A DNA stretch of 62,113 bases, filler included, from Choristocarpus tenellus KU-1152 (GCA_964200185.2; 14 parts of 14 records of this genome joined end to end with filler, not necessarily neighbours in it), one strand, 5' to 3'; numbered from the whole stretch's first letter, positions 1 through 12,619 are shown. Numbers and translations are program-made. Notes: generated by a model from the sequence alone, not told the origin.

Positions 1-689
1 ATATACATAAGTGTATATAAAATGTCCTAAACATAAGAATACTATAAGACAATGCGTGGAAACCACTAATCAAGTTATTATTATTGTTAAGCTGTCCTTG
101 ACGCTTTGTTGTCCCACACAACTAGTTATATTATTGTTTATTAGCTTGTACCACAGTTGAGAAGAGAGTGAGATACCTGCACTAGGTGGGGCTCACCAAT
201 CCTAACATTGAATGACTCAGAATACCAAATGACTCGACGTTTCTCTATTACCCGTTAGAAACACTCCGACACTAATAGTCCGTCGATTACTTCCGATCAA
301 ATGCCCCGTCTTAATATCCCGAATGTCCCGTATTATCTTCTGTGCTTACATAAAATTCTACGTCAAATCATATTCTCATAAATAGTCAAGCATAATCTTG
401 ACAATTATTATTATATCAACAATCTTACATAGTGTTATTATAGAGTGCATGTATGCGGGAAGGAGTATTGGTTTCTTACATGAAATCATCCAGTTCCTCA
501 ACAGGTTCTTGTTTGACTCTTTCAAGATGTAATTGGCCAACGTACCAGACGATGCCGAGCAAGGGAGGGAAAGTTCTTCGCTAGCCCTGGTCCGTCACCT
601 GAGCCAGTGTGGACTAGGGGCAAATGACTGGGATTCCACACAATCGCTGGGACTAGCACACCAGATCGCTCGTATAGAGTTTAGACTCA

Positions 690-953
690 GAGTCCAGAGC
701 ATTTAATAGGGTAGGAGTTTTACCCTTTTTGTCCGATCGGGGCTTGGCTTCCCACAAGGTTTTTGTTCACTTTTTCGGTTTTCTGTGTGAACACAGTTAC
801 CTAAAATGTGTAAGACTATGAAAGGTGTGTCCAGAGCAAGGATATTGACACTTGCTAGCAAATACGATAGCCAAATGAATCAAAATGGCAACATTGGATT
901 TACGATCCTGAACTGGCGCAGCCCTACCCCTACCCTCTTAAATGCTTTGGGTC
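690..953. mobile_element. ~260-bp non-autonomous TIR element (MITE family A, Sola2-like)
   Basis: Inverted ends GAGTCCAGAGCATTTAATAGGGTAGG / CCTACCCTCTTAAATGCTTTGGGTC, flanked by TCA on both sides; interior matches the other family A copies. Confidence 0.85.
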
Positions 954-959
954 TCATTG

Positions 960-1670
960 CCAGCAGATCCCTAGAGAGGGAGAAGGCCCTATCCAACAGA
1001 TGCCCAGTGACTGGGTGCATGAGGCTAATGTTGACACTTGACATGCTCGTACCTGCCCTAAGGCGGGGGGACAGGTCCACCAACACACACCAATGGTGAG
1101 AAGCATCTAAGTCAACTCTGGAAGGGAGTGGACATCCCTTGCACAAAGGAGGACGGTAGCCCTTTCACAGTGGATCGGAATTTCCGCATGGATGTGGTCT
1201 TCCATGCTGGGGCAGTTGTGGACACCAGATCAGCTCCCCGACAAAGGCCTCCTCCTGGATCTTACGTTTACAGAAGTGCAAAGCAGCCTCGCATAGGCCA
1301 CACTCATCCACCAGCAATGGTGTAGCTGCTGCTGCAGCTGAGGCGCAAAGGCGCACCCACTACGAGATTTCTTTTGATCCACCTAGTTTTAACCTCAATA
1401 ACTTTGCGGTAGAAAGTTTTGGGTGCCTCGGTAAGCAAATAGAAAGTTTTCTGGATGATTTGGCTACACATGCAGTAGGGGGGAGAGGGGCGGGAGGTTT
1501 TTAAAGGAAAGGAGTTAAATCCAGTTTACGACAGATAGTGTCTGTCACGACAAAAGTGGCTCTATCAAGACGTGTCATGAGTTTTAAGTTGGAGACACCA
1601 GGGAGATGGGCAAGGAGGGGCCTGTCAGATTATTGGGATACTTCCCTGCCTCCTCGCCCAGTGGTGTAGG
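960..1670 (+). mobile_element. Degenerate 3' end of a CRE-like non-LTR retrotransposon (Zn knuckle plus restriction-like endonuclease)
   Basis: Frameshifted translation CPVTGC..HARTCPKAG..H, EDGSPFTVDRNFRMDVV, AAAAEAQRRTHY, FAVESFGCLG, QIVSVTTKVALSRRV; a second copy lies at ~17630-17742. Confidence 0.75.
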
Positions 1671-2442
1671 GCTATACTAGTTTGGAGGCATAGAAGGGGA
1701 GTGGTGTAGTATAGCTGGTAGTCAAATAGAAAATAGATTTTGGAGAGATGACTTTCACATTTACGACACCTGTTACTTTTACAAAGTTTTTTTTTTATAT
1801 TGAATTTACTTTTTCATATGGGTTCTTTCACATTTGTATACTGTTAAGCCTAACCCATACAATGTTTTGACTTTTCCAACACAAATTCCAAAAAAAATTA
1901 AGGGGACAAAAAAAATAATTTCCCCTATATTTGGTTTGATAAAGTGTATACAGGTGTACAATGTGTTTAACTTGGAATGTGGAATATCATTATCCACTTA
2001 AGCGAAAGAACCTCTTCTCATCCCCTATATTTGGTTGATAAAGTGTATACAGGTGCACAAAATGAAGTTCACTATCGAAAAAGTCTTACGTACCACCCTA
2101 TCATATAGTATTAGAACTACCATGTTGAGATATAATGACAGAAGACATTTAGTGTATTTCATTTTGCGCAAACATTCTATTTCTCTGACTAAACCACATT
2201 AATGATGTTCTTAAGGAATCTGAGATGGTTTGTCGTTCTGAAACCTCATGGAGTAGTAAAATTATTTGAAACATAATTTTACTTTGGGAAGAGTTTTCCC
2301 ACAAAAACTTTTGTTGGAAAAAAACATTATATCCCCCACCTGAATTCCACCTATCAAAACCTAGTTGACCTCTTTGTACGTGTTCACATGTCAACCATAA
2401 ATATTATTAATACTTCAACTAATGATAATTATTTCTACACAG

Positions 2443-3122
2443 CCTCTCACAGGATGGTTGAAGATCGCCATCCCTCTGTGTCCTGTTTACCTCTATTGGA
2501 CTGGAAGTCTCTCAAAACTGACTGTGGGCTCACCAATGATGGTATCCTGCGCTCGATCCCTTTGTTTGAATCGAATGTACGGACCACAGTGAATGATTGC
2601 CATGTGGCGATTCATGCATACTTGGGGAAGCCATCAGATGCATCGAAGGCGGATGAACTTAAAAAAGCAGCACACAAGCGGAAGGGGACAACCGGAATGA
2701 TGAAGGCATTGCAACTGGAAGCTCTCTGCGAGCAGCTGGAAGAGGCAGGAAGGGTGAGGAAATTTTGAAATACACTGGGTAAAAGACATTCGTTCTTAGA
2801 GGGGGATCTATGTAGCTATTTTAACCTTGCACGACACCCCATTCCCATGCCTGAAATGGTGGTAGCTCCCATTATCAAGCATTATCAAGATGTGAGTCCG
2901 TTCGTCCACATATCCACGAAATCGTCCTCCAGAGTTCTAAAAAAAAAACACATGTATGTAGACATTCACAGGATCCCCACTACTCAACAACAGCCTGGTC
3001 TAATTCAGGATGACTCTGCTTCTATAGCTCTACGCAATCAAAGAAAAGCGCTCGAGTTTACTTATATGCAGCTCGAGGTCGACTGCCACCTTCCCTCGTC
3101 TCATACTGTTGCTGAGTATTGA
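2443..3122 (+). CDS. HPt (histidine-containing phosphotransfer) domain protein; exons ~2443-2753 and 3009-~3122, 5' part not resolved
   Basis: ELKKAAHKRKGTTGMMKALQLEALCEQLEEAG fits the HPt consensus (AHxLKGss..GA..L..lC..lE). AG acceptor at 2441-2442, GTGAGG donor at 2754, and a phase-0 acceptor at 3007-3008 supplying a final helix DDSASIALRNQRKALEFTYMQLE. Confidence 0.75.
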
Positions 3123-3164
3123 TCTTATGCAGGCCTCGCATTCCAGTAGACCTTTCAAGATATT

Positions 3165-3339
3165 GGCTCAAAGTATCTGGGGTGTGTGTGGCGGCTGTCC
3201 ATTTGGGGTCAATTTTTCATGTCACGATTTTTGTGTGATTTGGTTGCATACGTTTGATGGATAATGTAAGTGCACTTTTCCTGGTCATGACCCAAATGGA
3301 CACCCTGGTGTAGCCCCCCCCCCCCAGATACTTCGGGCC
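3165..3339. mobile_element. ~175-185-bp MITE family B (same terminal motif as family A)
   Basis: GGCTCAAAGTATCTGGGG ... CCCCAGATACTTCGGGCC, flanks TATT/GATT; interior nearly identical to 53242-53426 and to 55532-55702 (reverse). Confidence 0.85.
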
Positions 3340-3354
3340 GATTTTTGCCCTTCG

Positions 3355-3454
3355 NNNNNNNNNNNNNNNNNNNNNNNNNNNNNNNNNNNNNNNNNNNNTT
3401 AATTAATTAANNNNNNNNNNNNNNNNNNNNNNNNNNNNNNNNNNNNNNNNNNNN
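3355..3454. other. Artificial contig-joining spacer (44 N + TTAATTAATTAA + 44 N). Identical spacers at 7784-7883, 10872-10971, 14212-14311, 17743-17842, 24856-24955, 29998-30097, 36184-36283, 39467-39566, 45182-45281, 48087-48186, 55432-55531, 59446-59545
   Basis: The same 100-nt structure occurs 13 times; TTAATTAATTAA gives stops in all six frames. Confidence 0.98.
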
Positions 3455-3532
3455 CCATAATTACATCAAAATCGCAACATTAGATTTTAGCCCCCAATGG
3501 ACGCGGCTCTACCCTCTAAGATAATTTGGCTC
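3455..3532. mobile_element. MITE family A, right end only (truncated by contig start)
   Basis: CATCAAAATCGCAACATT...GGACGCGGCTCTACCCTCTAAGATAATTTGGCTC matches family A. Confidence 0.8.
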
Positions 3533-3849
3533 CTAATTTCAACCATGTAATCACGTTCAGCAATGGGGAACCGTGTGAGGCTTCACACCTTCTTGTCTTC
3601 ACTACTGAAAAATTGGATTACCTCCAAAGGTAAATTGCACAGATATTGTGTGCTGTTCTTTGTCGAGCTGGCAGTTTTGCTACTATTGGTAGCATGCTTG
3701 GCTCTGGGGGTGTTGTAGACACAGCGTGGAGGTTTTTCCTAATATTAGCTGAGGCGTTTGCATTATTTGATATTTGGAGCATATGTGGTCCTTGGCTGGA
3801 CCTATGCTCACTCCCTTAACAAATCACAGAGTTGTAAGCCCCAACGTGG

Positions 3850-5503
3850 GGTGGAGTCGTTACAAGCTATCATAGATCAGCTCATGTGATTCAACTGTCT
3901 ATATATCACACCTTTAGCCATTCCAGCAGAGTATTAAGAGAGAAGATTGAAAGTTATTTTTGGGACAAATGCAACAGACGCCAGAGTAACATGCACCCAC
4001 TCATCGCGGACAATATGGAAATTCAAATCAATTTTGCCATACCCTACAATGGTTAGTGTGCGCCGTCAGCCACGGTCATGTTGTGACCTTGTGGGCATGG
4101 GGCAAAGTGATAAATGTACGTCGAGTCTTTCATTACATTGTTGGAGGCCCCCGAATCAAAACACCATGTTTCGAAAGCATTCAAACTCACCTTGCCATGA
4201 TCAGCCACAGCAGCTAACATGGTCTTGAATTTTCGCCCGCCTCCTTTTCTCGCTGGTGCCACCTACAGTCCAGCCGACTTACCCGTCGACTCTAATGGGG
4301 TCACCCTCTTCTGGCGATAAACAGCCTAGAGGTGGTCTTTTTCCCCGCAGCTGTAACACCATCCTTCAAAAGTGCAAGGACCGGCGTGTTTGACCAATCC
4401 GCAGTTGATGCATTTTTCAATTGCCTTGGTCCCGCCCCTGGCACAGGAACCTGCCATCCCAGGATCTGTACGGTTAATATTCGTACATTGGCCACCTCCT
4501 CGGCTGACCCGTTTCTGGCTCTGAATTGAGCTTGTAGTCCCTACGGTGAGAGCGCTCCCAGTCTCTGCGTCATCTACTACCTCTCGTTGCAGAGATAAAT
4601 TGCGTGAATGAGCAGCTTGCTGGATTTTAGCTCTCGTACGCTCACTCTTATGATGGTACTGAAGGTAGTATTTGTTGATTGGTAGTCATCATCCAAGCAA
4701 TCTAACATGGCGATTTGAAGCACCTGTTCGGACACTACACGGTCCATCATCGCCATCTGACTAACCCAGTCCAACATTGTCATAAACGTGATTTGGGGGT
4801 AGGACCTCCGCGGCATTTTGAACGTCATCACCTTCTTTTTGGAGTCTACTTATCTCCTCGTCTGAGTGGATTAAGAAACATCCCTTTAGCTGCTGCCAAG
4901 CTTCTGAAGGTGATACTGCATTGCGGACAATGCATCTGTAGAAGCCAGTGGTGCTTCTTAACCAAATGTCATATGCCTTCTTGACTTTCGTGACCTCTTC
5001 TTCATTGACATCTTCCCCTTGATGAAATCTATGTCACCCACCCTGATGGGATCTTCCCTGTACTCCAACGCCTCATCGATATCGTCCTTAGCACCCAGGA
5101 AGGCACATGTAGTGGCGAACCAGTCAGCGTCGTCTGTAAGTTGAAGAAGCTCAGGTTTAAAACAATCTGAGGCCATGGGTGATGTAGTACCAACACTAAC
5201 CAAACCAGTTCGGCTACGCCTCCCCTAGCTAGCATTTGGATTGGGTGCTTAAGCGTGTTGAGAAGCTTGGTTCATGTAAGGCTCGTCGTCGAAAGCTGCT
5301 GCTTGACTTACATGGTAAAACATATACACTGAATTGTAAATTATCTGCTGGGTACCCATTAACCCAACATACCCCTACCCATCATATCATTTTGTACCTT
5401 AATACTTTGTATTGTACCTTCTCAAAGATAAACGTGCATTAAGCCTATGTAATATACTTGTATCAGCAAAGACCACTTAAGGATAGCACTAGGTTATTCG
5501 ACA
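3850..5503 (-). mobile_element. Degenerate Ty1/Copia LTR retrotransposon 5' part (putative LTR ~5237-5503, gag, Zn knuckles, protease)
   Basis: Minus-strand translation gives CINCGLVKH and CYSCGEKDH knuckles and WCFDSGASNNVM (Copia protease DSGA motif), with many stops and frameshifts; candidate LTR starts TGTCG at 5503. Confidence 0.7.
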
Positions 5504-5968
5504 TTGTGGTCTACTAACCGGTTTAGTACCTGATTGTAGAAGAAGTGTTGCAACAACCTAATTAATTTTCAGATAATAAAGATAACTGGTCTCAATTTGG
5601 CCACAATAGCTAGTCATTCCTATTGTGCAGAACATGTCAGTTGTATGTTTGCAAGTATGCCTTCTTTCGAAAAATTCAAGTCGTCCCTACCTTTTTTCCG
5701 TTCTTCGGAATGAGAGGGTGTGGCTGCAACTGCACTTGAGGTAACATCTGAAAGGAGATGCGTGGTTGACACAAGGAAGATATGACCAACTACAAAATTT
5801 GCTGGTAGCTTGACCCCTTCTTAACTATAGACATCCTCCGTCTTCCACCCAAACGGTGAGGGTTCAACTGACCAAAATATGTTGCTAGTGTTGATGTATA
5901 CCAGGACTACAATTCTTGGATGGTCAATCAACACCGGCTTGTTAGAACCGTAGAATGTTCGTACCTTG

Positions 5969-6227
5969 GACTCAAAGCATTTAAGAGGGTAGGAGTTTTG
6001 CCCTGATTGTCCGTTCGGCGCTTGACTTCCCACGTTTTTTTTATGCTCCTTTTTGGGTTTTCTACGTGAACACAGTTACCTAAAATGTATACGACAAGTA
6101 AAGCTGTGTCCGGAGCAAGGATATTGACACTTACTTACAAACACCATAGAAAAAATCCATCAAAATCGCAAGGGTGGATTTATGTCCCCGAAAGGACGCG
6201 GACCTACCCTATTAAACGCTTTGGCTC
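5969..6227. mobile_element. MITE family A, full copy
   Basis: GACTCAAAGCATTTAAGAGGGTAGG ... CCTACCCTATTAAACGCTTTGGCTC; closest to the 690-953 copy. Confidence 0.85.
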
Positions 6228-6407
6228 TTACTCCTCGCCTCCTCCAGTTCTTCTATAACCTCAATTGCCCTCCTCTATCTCGTCTTCTATGCCTCCTTAT
6301 AGTGGCATATTTTCACCATTGTTGCCGCAAAACATTCCAAGTTGTCTGGCATGTCACAATCCGCCTTGTTTGTGGTCCTTCCCATTCCTCCTTTCGGGAT
6401 ATAAGAA

Positions 6408-6498
6408 CAGGGGGCTGACATCTCACTATACCAGGGGTTAAAACCACACCATACAGGGGCTTAACATCACACTTTACAAGGGGTTAAAATTTCACTTA
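6408..6498. repeat. Degenerate ~23-bp tandem repeat, 4 copies
   Basis: CAGGGG(C/T)T(G/T)A..CAC..TA unit repeated four times. Confidence 0.55.
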
Positions 6499-7883
6499 AA
6501 TAGTTTTACCCACTGATTTTCATATACTGTATTGATGAAGAACTCGACGCCTGCTTGTGATCTAAATTGAACTCTATGAAAATTAGGATTATACTGAGTA
6601 AATTTCATCATTTGAATCAACCCTTTTGCATTGAAGGCCGTCTATTTTTTCAATTCCTCTGCCACCGTCTCTGTGACATCAACTGTCTTATGGAGAATAT
6701 GCTGCAGTTTTTCCCACATCGAAGATGCATGCCCTCCCTGGAGAAAAAGGACATTCCACCCGTAGTAATCCCTGGCGTTGATTCTTCTCAACTCTTGGAC
6801 CATTGCCTTCGTCTTCATCTTTTCCCCAATAGATGAAAATTCTCTCATATCCCTCCCTTCCTTTTCCCCATCCATTCAGTGCGATCATTTTATAAGAGAG
6901 GGGGGAACGGCTCCTGTTCGCCTCTCCAACATTGTCACAAGCTGGTTTGTTCCTCTCAATAGTTTAGACATTTTCTTAAAGACGGTTTGCTGGTATCTCG
7001 TATATCGCTGATATTCTCCTCATCCTTCTCATTATGCGCTTCCCTATCTCCTGTTTCCTTCTCCCCACCATTGCCGTTGTCTGTCACATTTCTTCTACCT
7101 CGCACCATCTCCTCCCCTACCCTGTTGACTACCATTTGAATACCGTTTCTGTTCCCTGGCCACTCTCCTCCCTGAATCTCAATACTTCTTCGGCTCCCCT
7201 ACCTCTCCTTTCTTCTCTTTCTCTTATTGAGGTATAATGTAGCAAAACATCGACATACTCTATCGAACCACGTGTTGGTTTCCCCAAACCTTTCATTACC
7301 GCACCCCGCAAATACTCTTTGACTATAGTTCTCACCATAATTGCACGAATATTTTGGACGGTAGAGTTAGTTCATCGTGGTGTAGAGTCGTTTCTGGAAT
7401 TTTTTCAATTGGTACTAGTGTTCCTACCATCAATTATAGGGCATTGAGAAATCACCAATCGCTTCTGTGACGATTGGTGAGGGTTGGATATACGAACGGG
7501 AAACCAACAAAATGAGATAACCTGACGTGCAGCAATGAGCCATTCCATTGGTCGCCTCTCTTCAACTCGTGTTGAAACCGTACAGTACTAGTCTTAACAA
7601 ATTCACTTTCTGAATGAATAAAGTTCCTACTGTAAATGAGTAACCACGGCCAACTGGAGTACAGATGAGATATTGTAGAGAAACGGGAAGGGGAATCGTA
7701 TGAGGCTCATAACCTGTTGACACCTGAATCGAATCATCGTACATGTAGGTAAAATGCGTAGACTACTAGCGATGAGGAATCATNNNNNNNNNNNNNNNNN
7801 NNNNNNNNNNNNNNNNNNNNNNNNNNNTTAATTAATTAANNNNNNNNNNNNNNNNNNNNNNNNNNNNNNNNNNNNNNNNNNNN

Positions 7884-8032
7884 GGGTGCGACACAAAGTT
7901 GACTGGGATAAAGTCTCCATATGTGTTTTTTTTTAAATAGCAAATACAAAAAAAAACATATCTACACTTTATCCCAGTCAATTTTGGGTCAAGCCCAAAA
8001 GCTCCATCCTCAATTTTTGAAATCGGCTGTTT
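7884..8032. repeat. End of dispersed repeat family D, with an internal hairpin
   Basis: GGTCAAGCCCA..GCTCCATCCTCAATTTT..CTGTT also occurs at ~14331-14388, ~17850-17904 and reversed at ~48018-48086; inverted repeat TTGACTGGGATAAAGT / ACTTTATCCCAGTCAA within 7899-7981. Confidence 0.7.
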
Positions 8033-8419
8033 AAAACGTGGAAATCAAAAAGCAAAATTTGAAACGCCTAAATTTGAAAGTGGAAAAAATCGGAAAATAT
8101 ACAAAATCGGGCGTTTACCACCATTTATTATTCAAGTGAATGAAATCGTGGTAATATTTTCAAGAGCGATGAGAACAGCCTATACAAACACTCAACACTC
8201 AACATGATCTTACATGGAAATGACACAAAAATACAACCTACAGTTAAGTTGTTTATATTACCACTATTGTTGATAAGTATACACAGAATGGTTGGGAGTT
8301 AGAAGAACGAAGAAGAGGACAGAGAAGAGAAAAGTACACACTCCTATCATACCAGTAGGCCTGGTAGTCGAGGAGAACAGTTCAAGAAATCAATCCGCTA
8401 ACAATGAGCTGGGGTTTAG

Positions 8420-9282
8420 GTGCTTTCGCAGGGGGACTCCATGCTCTTACTGGACCGGACCACCTAGCTGTGCTCTTACCCAGCTGGTATGAAATCTCCT
8501 ATCAGAGTAGTGCGACCAGATCAATGACCCATGTCCACCGGTTGAAACTTTGGGGTGCATGCTAAATCCAATGACTCTTATGCCTCGATTTGAATCGTCC
8601 TCTCTTGATCATCAATCAGCATTGGCGTGCCGTGGTCACAAGCATACAAGAGCGGGGCTTTCTGGGGTCTTGGTCATGGAATTGGTGCAACGATGTTTGG
8701 ACTAGCTGGTTTTGCGGTGAGTGTATGCCTTTGCTTCTTCCTCTGTTTTCGATCTCTTGGCTTTGGTCACATAATAGTCTTGACACTGTTGGAAGTGGAT
8801 CAACCCGAAAGTCATAAACTCGCAGAGGGTGAACGTGATGTTCAAGGTAATCCATATTTTACCTCTACCAGTAATTTCTACTTTGTCAAGCCCATTCGAG
8901 GCTCACAGGCTTATATCCTCTCAGTTGTTTCACTGCTGGAGGTACACCACAAAATGATTCACCTCCGCACCACGCACAAATCAAGTTCCTTACCGTATAT
9001 GGCGCCCACCGTTCTTGGGCATCACAAGTTTCGAGACTGGCTGAACATCGAGGCAGCGTCTAGGTTCCTAGAGCCAGTGATTGGGATTACTCTCGTGGTG
9101 ATTGCCTTCCAGGGCCAGATAGGAATGGGTATGCTGTGCTCCCGTAGTAGCAGGAGGGCCGAGATGAGGGAGGTCAAAGTCTTTTTACTAGAAAAAGACG
9201 AGGAAAAGGGCGGAAAAGAGGATGCAGAAGTAGAAGAATCTATCGAGATAGCTGACGACACAGTCATTGGTGGGCGTCGAAG
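8420..9282 (+). CDS. NiCoT/UreH-like (nickel/cobalt transporter family) membrane protein, internal exons 8420-8486, 8620-8716, 9029-~9282
   Basis: Spliced peptide AFAGGLHALTGPDHLAVLLPSC-IGVPWSQAYKSGAFWGLGHGIGATMFGLAGFA-FRDWLNIEAASRFLEPVIGITLVVIAF contains the H-x4-PDH and WGLGH motifs; GT-AG introns are phase-compatible. Confidence 0.85.
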
Positions 9283-11643
9283 GTATGTCCTAGAAAGCTG
9301 TGTTGAAGATGGCGAATCTGTTTATAGGGGTTTCCCTGCAACAACACTCCCCACAAAACAAAAGTGTAGGCATGGCTGTGACCTGAAGAAATACCTTTTA
9401 GACTTCGTAACTGCTGCCATCCACACACACCAGCCTTAACTCCACCCTCTGTGACCCCAAACCCTATCCCAACCATTGATCACTAATGTGGGATAGGCTG
9501 TGGATTCTCATTGATAGCTGAATGTAGACGCGGTAGAGTAAGGGTTTTGACGCTACCGTCCAACTTGGCTCTGACCCTACCATATACTTCCCTAGACCAC
9601 TTGCCTGCTGTTATGTCATCGTTTCAATTATGTCTCATAGTACCATCCACGATCTGTCCTTCAAGTACAGCGAGTGAGGCACATTTGTGTATGTTGGTTT
9701 AGCTCTGTCGTGGGAATATTAATAGCTGGAAGGTGATTGCAGTGTGTCCCTATGTTTTCCCTTGCTTGTGTTTGTGCCACAGCAATGTCATGATAATCAT
9801 ACACACCCAAGCCAATACGGTTCCAGCAGGACCTGCCAGCTCAAGCTTGGTGTTCCCACCCCTCCTTAGAGGCCCTATTCACCACTGTAGTCCATCAGTG
9901 AAGAAATGCTACCGAGCGATGCCATGATTATCAATTGTAGTAATCAGAACAACATCAATACTTCCAAGCAATATCACAAAATTGAGAATTGAAGGTCTTG
10001 TTCATCAAATAGACTCAATATGACATTCAGGCGTTTACGTTGTTGAAATGTATGGATTTATGCCAACCTCCTACCTCCATCCAATTCCTTCAAAACCGTA
10101 TGTAGCGCAGCTGTTAGTGAGTAACTAGTATGAAAAGTAGTGATTCAAAGTAAATGAGAGGTACCCAGGATTTTTAGATGCTGAAGGCTTGATGGGAGAA
10201 AAAAATAAAATATTTGAGGAACCCCGGAGGCAAGGAGGGCCCCACCCGAGACCTCACTTTGCCCACATTGGAAGGGGCCTGCAACACCAACCTTTGTCGC
10301 AGTGTGCACGACTCACTAATAGTAGTGGTCACTCTTTGATACTCCACCAATAGTCGAAAGGAGGGATAAGATCATGAAAATTCTGGGAGTGAGTTTGCAG
10401 AGGATCATCATGTAGCCCTCAGCAGCATCGGGGCGAGCAGTTGCTGATGAAAAGATTCTCTTTCGATTGCAGGTAGGCAGTGTGTTCAATGACTATATCG
10501 GGAGTGCAAGTCACACAGGTCTCATCACCTCAGCATGCCAGAGCTGTGCCTATTGCCCACTATACCAAAAAGAAAACGAGGAAAAAATAACTGTGAGGCC
10601 AGGTAACATGACCTCTGGTCTGAAAACACCATTTAAAATCTATAGACTGCTGCAGTGTTGAGGACTGCTGCCGAGGTAGCTCGAGTTGCAAGAGGGATGA
10701 AGAAGAGACCTTTTGTTAAGATGTCACCCCCACCAAAGAGTAAGCACAGCCTACTTCTCATTAGGTACTGACTCAGCGTAGACTGGGGTGTCGCTGCTTC
10801 GACGTGGAGATTGATCGTGTAATGCCAGTCAATTGCTTTCTTTCCCACCCACAACCTTTTTTTTTTTCCTTNNNNNNNNNNNNNNNNNNNNNNNNNNNNN
10901 NNNNNNNNNNNNNNNTTAATTAATTAANNNNNNNNNNNNNNNNNNNNNNNNNNNNNNNNNNNNNNNNNNNNGGTGTCTGCATTTCCTAATCTACTCCACC
11001 GATGGTGTCTATAGTGTATCAGCAGCACTATCTACGAACAAATGTTTCTCCAACAGAATCATATTTTACACATGAATAAAAAGCATATTCTTAACAGGGT
11101 GCCCTCTCGCAGGCACTGATAACCGTCTCAGATGTTGTGAGGACATGATTCTTCTCGCCCACAACGACGGGACAGAGTTCACATGCAACAAGCGAGCCAC
11201 CGTTGACAACATTTTTGGCCATGGGGGTGATACATCTCTACTGGTACTCCAAACCATGTGTGACATCGAGTACCAAGGTGCTGCAACGGACATCCCCATG
11301 AGGGCCCTCCACTTCCTCTTTAACAGGTTCATTAATAACGTAACACACACCCTTCTTACGGGAGCAGCGACTTTTTTTGTATAGGTGTAGATCATCGTTA
11401 AACAGTAACACAACAAGCTGGGTGACGGTTCAGGGGCATCAAACCGTACCATGAGTGTGTTTCCCTAAATCAGTACGTTAAGCATCAAACCGCACCAAGA
11501 ATGTGTTGCCCTGTACCGGTACGTTACTCATACATTGCCATATGATGAATCCGTGCGCAATACAATGTACTCCTCGGGATAATTGACAAACTGCCCTCCT
11601 ATGATAGGTACACGAATGCTGGGGACACCGTAGTCTCCTTCAG

Positions 11644-11788
11644 CGCAGAGAGGCACAACGTGGTGGAGGCGGCCCTTGAATGGAGCAGGAGGGGGGAGGT
11701 GTTCGTGTCCAATGCAGCGTTAAAGGACGAGGTGAAAGAGAAGATGGAGACCTCCTTCGGCCGAGCCTACAAGTACGGCAAGTGGAAG
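11644..11788 (+). CDS. Isolated exon, possibly a MULE/MuDR-type transposase N-terminal domain
   Basis: CAG acceptor and GTAAGA donor; GEVFVSNAALKDEVKEK resembles the G..F.S...LK..V pattern. Confidence 0.3.
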
Positions 11789-12619
11789 GTAAGAAGGGTG
11801 TGCTGGCTTTTGTTCCATTGCTTTCCAACTTGTTGTCTGTCTTGGTTCCCTATGGATAGGTGTCGGGTGTGCGATTGTTGTAGTGATGTTTCCTTGTCCA
11901 TGTTTACACGTTACTAACACGGTGTACGCGGTGACCCACACCATAAACGAAAATCGCGAGACCCCAAGACTTTGTGTGTGAGTGTCGGTACGTCATAATG
12001 TCCTCCTTCCCGACACGAAAAAACAAACGTGCTGCGGTACATCCCAAGATCTTTAACCAATGCCGGAATAACCCCTACCTACGTGACGAAACCTTATTGC
12101 ATGGCAAACACTTCAATGCCACATGGTAGGGCTGTCACATGTACGCACATGATGCTTCAGGTATCCACATCTCTCGTTCAAGAACGTGTGATAGGCCCTT
12201 CCTGCCTGCCGGAAGCCTTGGGGCAGACCCTCGTCCCAACAGAGATGTAGCGATGTTTTGCTGAGGCCGTCAATCCTCAGGGAAAGGCAATGGGACGCGA
12301 TGAGGCAACCGTTTTCGTTGCGAAGACGGTAGCGACGGACTTCGGCTACCAGATCAAGGTGAATCTGGTATAGAATGCACTTCGTTACATATTTTGTCAA
12401 GAACAAACGGCAGAGTCAAGCTCTTGGCACGCAGAATAAACTTTTTTTAAATTCCCGAGTCCGAACCTATCTAATGCGACATCCAAATACGTCGCGTAAA
12501 AACTATGGGCCTTGCAGATAAGTATTTGATCTGTCGTGTGTTCAACGTTTGCCACAATAAGATTGCCGTTTTTGCACCACCTTTGGACGAGATTACCTCC
12601 AAATCGCGAACATTCTTGA

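Noticed and set aside
3355-3454. Regularly recurring TTAATTAATTAA flanked by N runs (looks like a repeat array)
   Set aside because: Assembly concatenation linker. ORFs containing X and any gene neighbourhood across these spacers are artefacts
5195-5235. tRNA-like GGAGGCGTAGCCGAACTGGTT on the minus strand
   Set aside because: No anticodon or T arm follows; it lies in the Copia leader/primer-binding region
6560-7340. Fragmented coding-like stretches on the minus strand (also 23500-24855 and 56500-57750)
   Set aside because: Broken by stops and frameshifts with no motif I can assign; probably old transposon debris
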